Translations under genes and position numbers: made by a program
Shown here: in pieces, positions 62,450 through 64,000 of the stretch
Layout: every line of letters begins with the position of its first letter
How positions within the stretch are numbered: position 1 is the first letter of the stretch
NCBI RefSeq assembly: GCF_036365525.1
Contig: NC_090399.1
Coordinates: forward strand, 8,555,558 to 8,619,557
DNA: 64,000 nucleotides
Reading direction: 5' to 3'
Source of the DNA: Heterodontus francisci
Taxonomy: Eukaryota
The notes under the pieces: generated by a model
What the model saw: only the letters and a program-made list of their open reading frames with translations
The model's database searches: none
What the model was told of the DNA's origin: nothing

Positions 62450-62624
62450 CTTTCATGAGGGTATTGTAGGCCTGTCCCCACGTGTTCCTGTGATCACTGG
62501 TGAGCACACCCAGTGGCTCCTTGTCCGTTTTCCAAGAAAGATTCCGGATACGCTGCAACTGCATGTGAATCTGATCCACAGTTAGAGGGGAGCCATCACT
62601 GTTATACACATCCAGGTGAAAGAA
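62450..62624 (-). CDS. CRAT-like exon (FFHLDVYNSDGSPLTVDQIHMQLQRIRNLSWKTDKEPLGVLTSDHRNTWGQAYNTLMK); upstream exons lie beyond the window
   Basis: ctctttgcag| ... |gtaga; 175 nt; aligns to CrAT FFVLDVYHSDGTPLT...EPVGILTSNHRNSW. Confidence 0.95.
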
Positions 62625-62669
62625 CTGCAAAGAGAGTTAGTGACAACCATCAACAGCATCAGTGAAACC

Positions 62670-64000
62670 CAAAGAATTCCATTGCAACAGAGCCTCAGAA
62701 TAAGCAATAATTCCCACAGAATTACACTGTAACACAGCCTCAGAATAAGCAATAAATCCCACAGAATTACACTGTAATACAGCCTCAGAATAAGCAATAA
62801 ATCCCACAGAACTACACTGTAACACAGCCTCAGAATAAGCAATAAATCCCACAGAACTACACTGCAACACAGCCTCAGAATAAGCAATTGACCCCACAGA
62901 ATTACACTGTAACACAGCCTCAGAATAAGCAATAAACCCCACAGAATTACACTGTAACACAGCCTCAGAATAAGCAATAAATCCCACAGAACTACACTGT
63001 AACACAGCCTCAGAATATCCAATAAATCCCACAGAATTACACTGTAACACAGCCTCAGAATAACCAATAAACCCCACAGAAGTACACTGTAACAGCCTCA
63101 GAATAAGCAATGAATCCCACAGAATTACACTGTAACACAGCCTCAGAATAAGCAATAAATCCCACAGAATTACACTGTAACACAGCCTCAGAATATCCAA
63201 TAAATCCCACAGAATTACACTGTAACACAGCCTCAGAATAACCAATAAACCCCACAGAAGTACACTGTAACAGCCTCAGAATAAGCAATAAATCCCACAG
63301 AATTACACTGAAACACAGCCTCAGAATAAGCAATAAATCCCACAGAACTACACTGTAACACAGCCTCAGAATAAGCAATAAATCCCACAGAACTACACTG
63401 CAACACAGCCTCAGAATATCCAATAAATCCCACAGAATTACACTGTAACACAGCCTCTGAATAAGCAATAAATCCCACAGAATTACACTGTAACAGAGCC
63501 TCAGAATATCCAATTGACCCCACAGAATTACACTGTAACACAGCCTCAGAATATCCAATAAATCCCACAGAATTACACTGTAACACAGCCTCAGAATAAG
63601 CAATAAATCCCACAGAATTACACTGTAACACAGCCTCAGAATATCCAATAAATCCCACAGAATTAGCCTGTAACACAGCCTCAGAATAAGCAATAAATCC
63701 CACAGAATTACACTGTAACACAGCCTCTGAATAAGCAATAAATCCCACAGAATTACACTGTAACAGAGCCTCAGAATATCCAATTGACCCCACAGAATTA
63801 CACTGTAACACAGCCTCAGAATATCCAATAAATCCCACAGAATTACACTGTAACACAGCCTCAGAATATCTAATTAACCCCACAGAATTACACTGTAACA
63901 CAGCCTCAGAATATCCAATAAACCCCACAGAATTACACTGTAACACAGCCTCAGAATATCCAATTGACCCCACAGAATTACACTGTAACACAGCCTCAGA
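62670..64000. repeat. 45-bp minisatellite (cacagcctcagaataagcaataaatcccacagaattacactgtaa) x >=29, running off the window
   Basis: Tandem units are directly visible; they explain the 15-aa periodic ORFs. Confidence 0.95.

Noticed and set aside
38632-62624. Calling the gene choline acetyltransferase, canonical CRAT or a pseudogene
   Set aside because: It has GRTD and DRH (carnitine type), not GRVDN and DNH (ChAT type). It lacks His343, Ser554 and PTS1, so the CRAT symbol is withheld. No frameshift, stop or splice defect supports a pseudogene call.
62582-63991. Hydrophobic 15-aa-repeat ORFs resembling membrane or LRR proteins
   Set aside because: Translations of the 45-bp minisatellite.

Overview
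Vertebrate genomic DNA, most likely from a cartilaginous fish (shark), judging by the repeat families: a V-SINE/HE1-type SINE, DeuSINEs, CR1/L2/RTE/Tx1 LINEs and Penelope. Two spliced genes lie on the minus strand and both run off the window. (1) A butyrophilin-like gene with signal-peptide, IgV, IgC and TM exons at 2147-16858; a candidate ISRE/ETS promoter lies near 24.2-24.7 kb and the 3' end is probably left of the window. (2) The last nine coding exons (38632-62624) of a carnitine O-acetyltransferase (CRAT) paralog. All nine exons are in frame with GT-AG sites, but the catalytic His343 is Gln, the oxyanion-stabilising Ser554 is Gly, carnitine-binding Tyr452 is Cys and the C-terminal peroxisomal signal is absent, while CoA-binding residues are kept (human numbering, recalled). 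This is the main finding: an apparently maintained CrAT-fold pseudoenzyme next to an immune butyrophilin gene. The rest is transposon-rich. It includes a 6-kb Harbinger with nested LINEs and a hAT MITE, a Penelope RT remnant plus short Penelope-type repeats with hammerhead-like motifs, a solo LTR, minisatellites and a 1.1-kb G/A tract. Most ORFs in the supplied track are repeat-derived or spurious.
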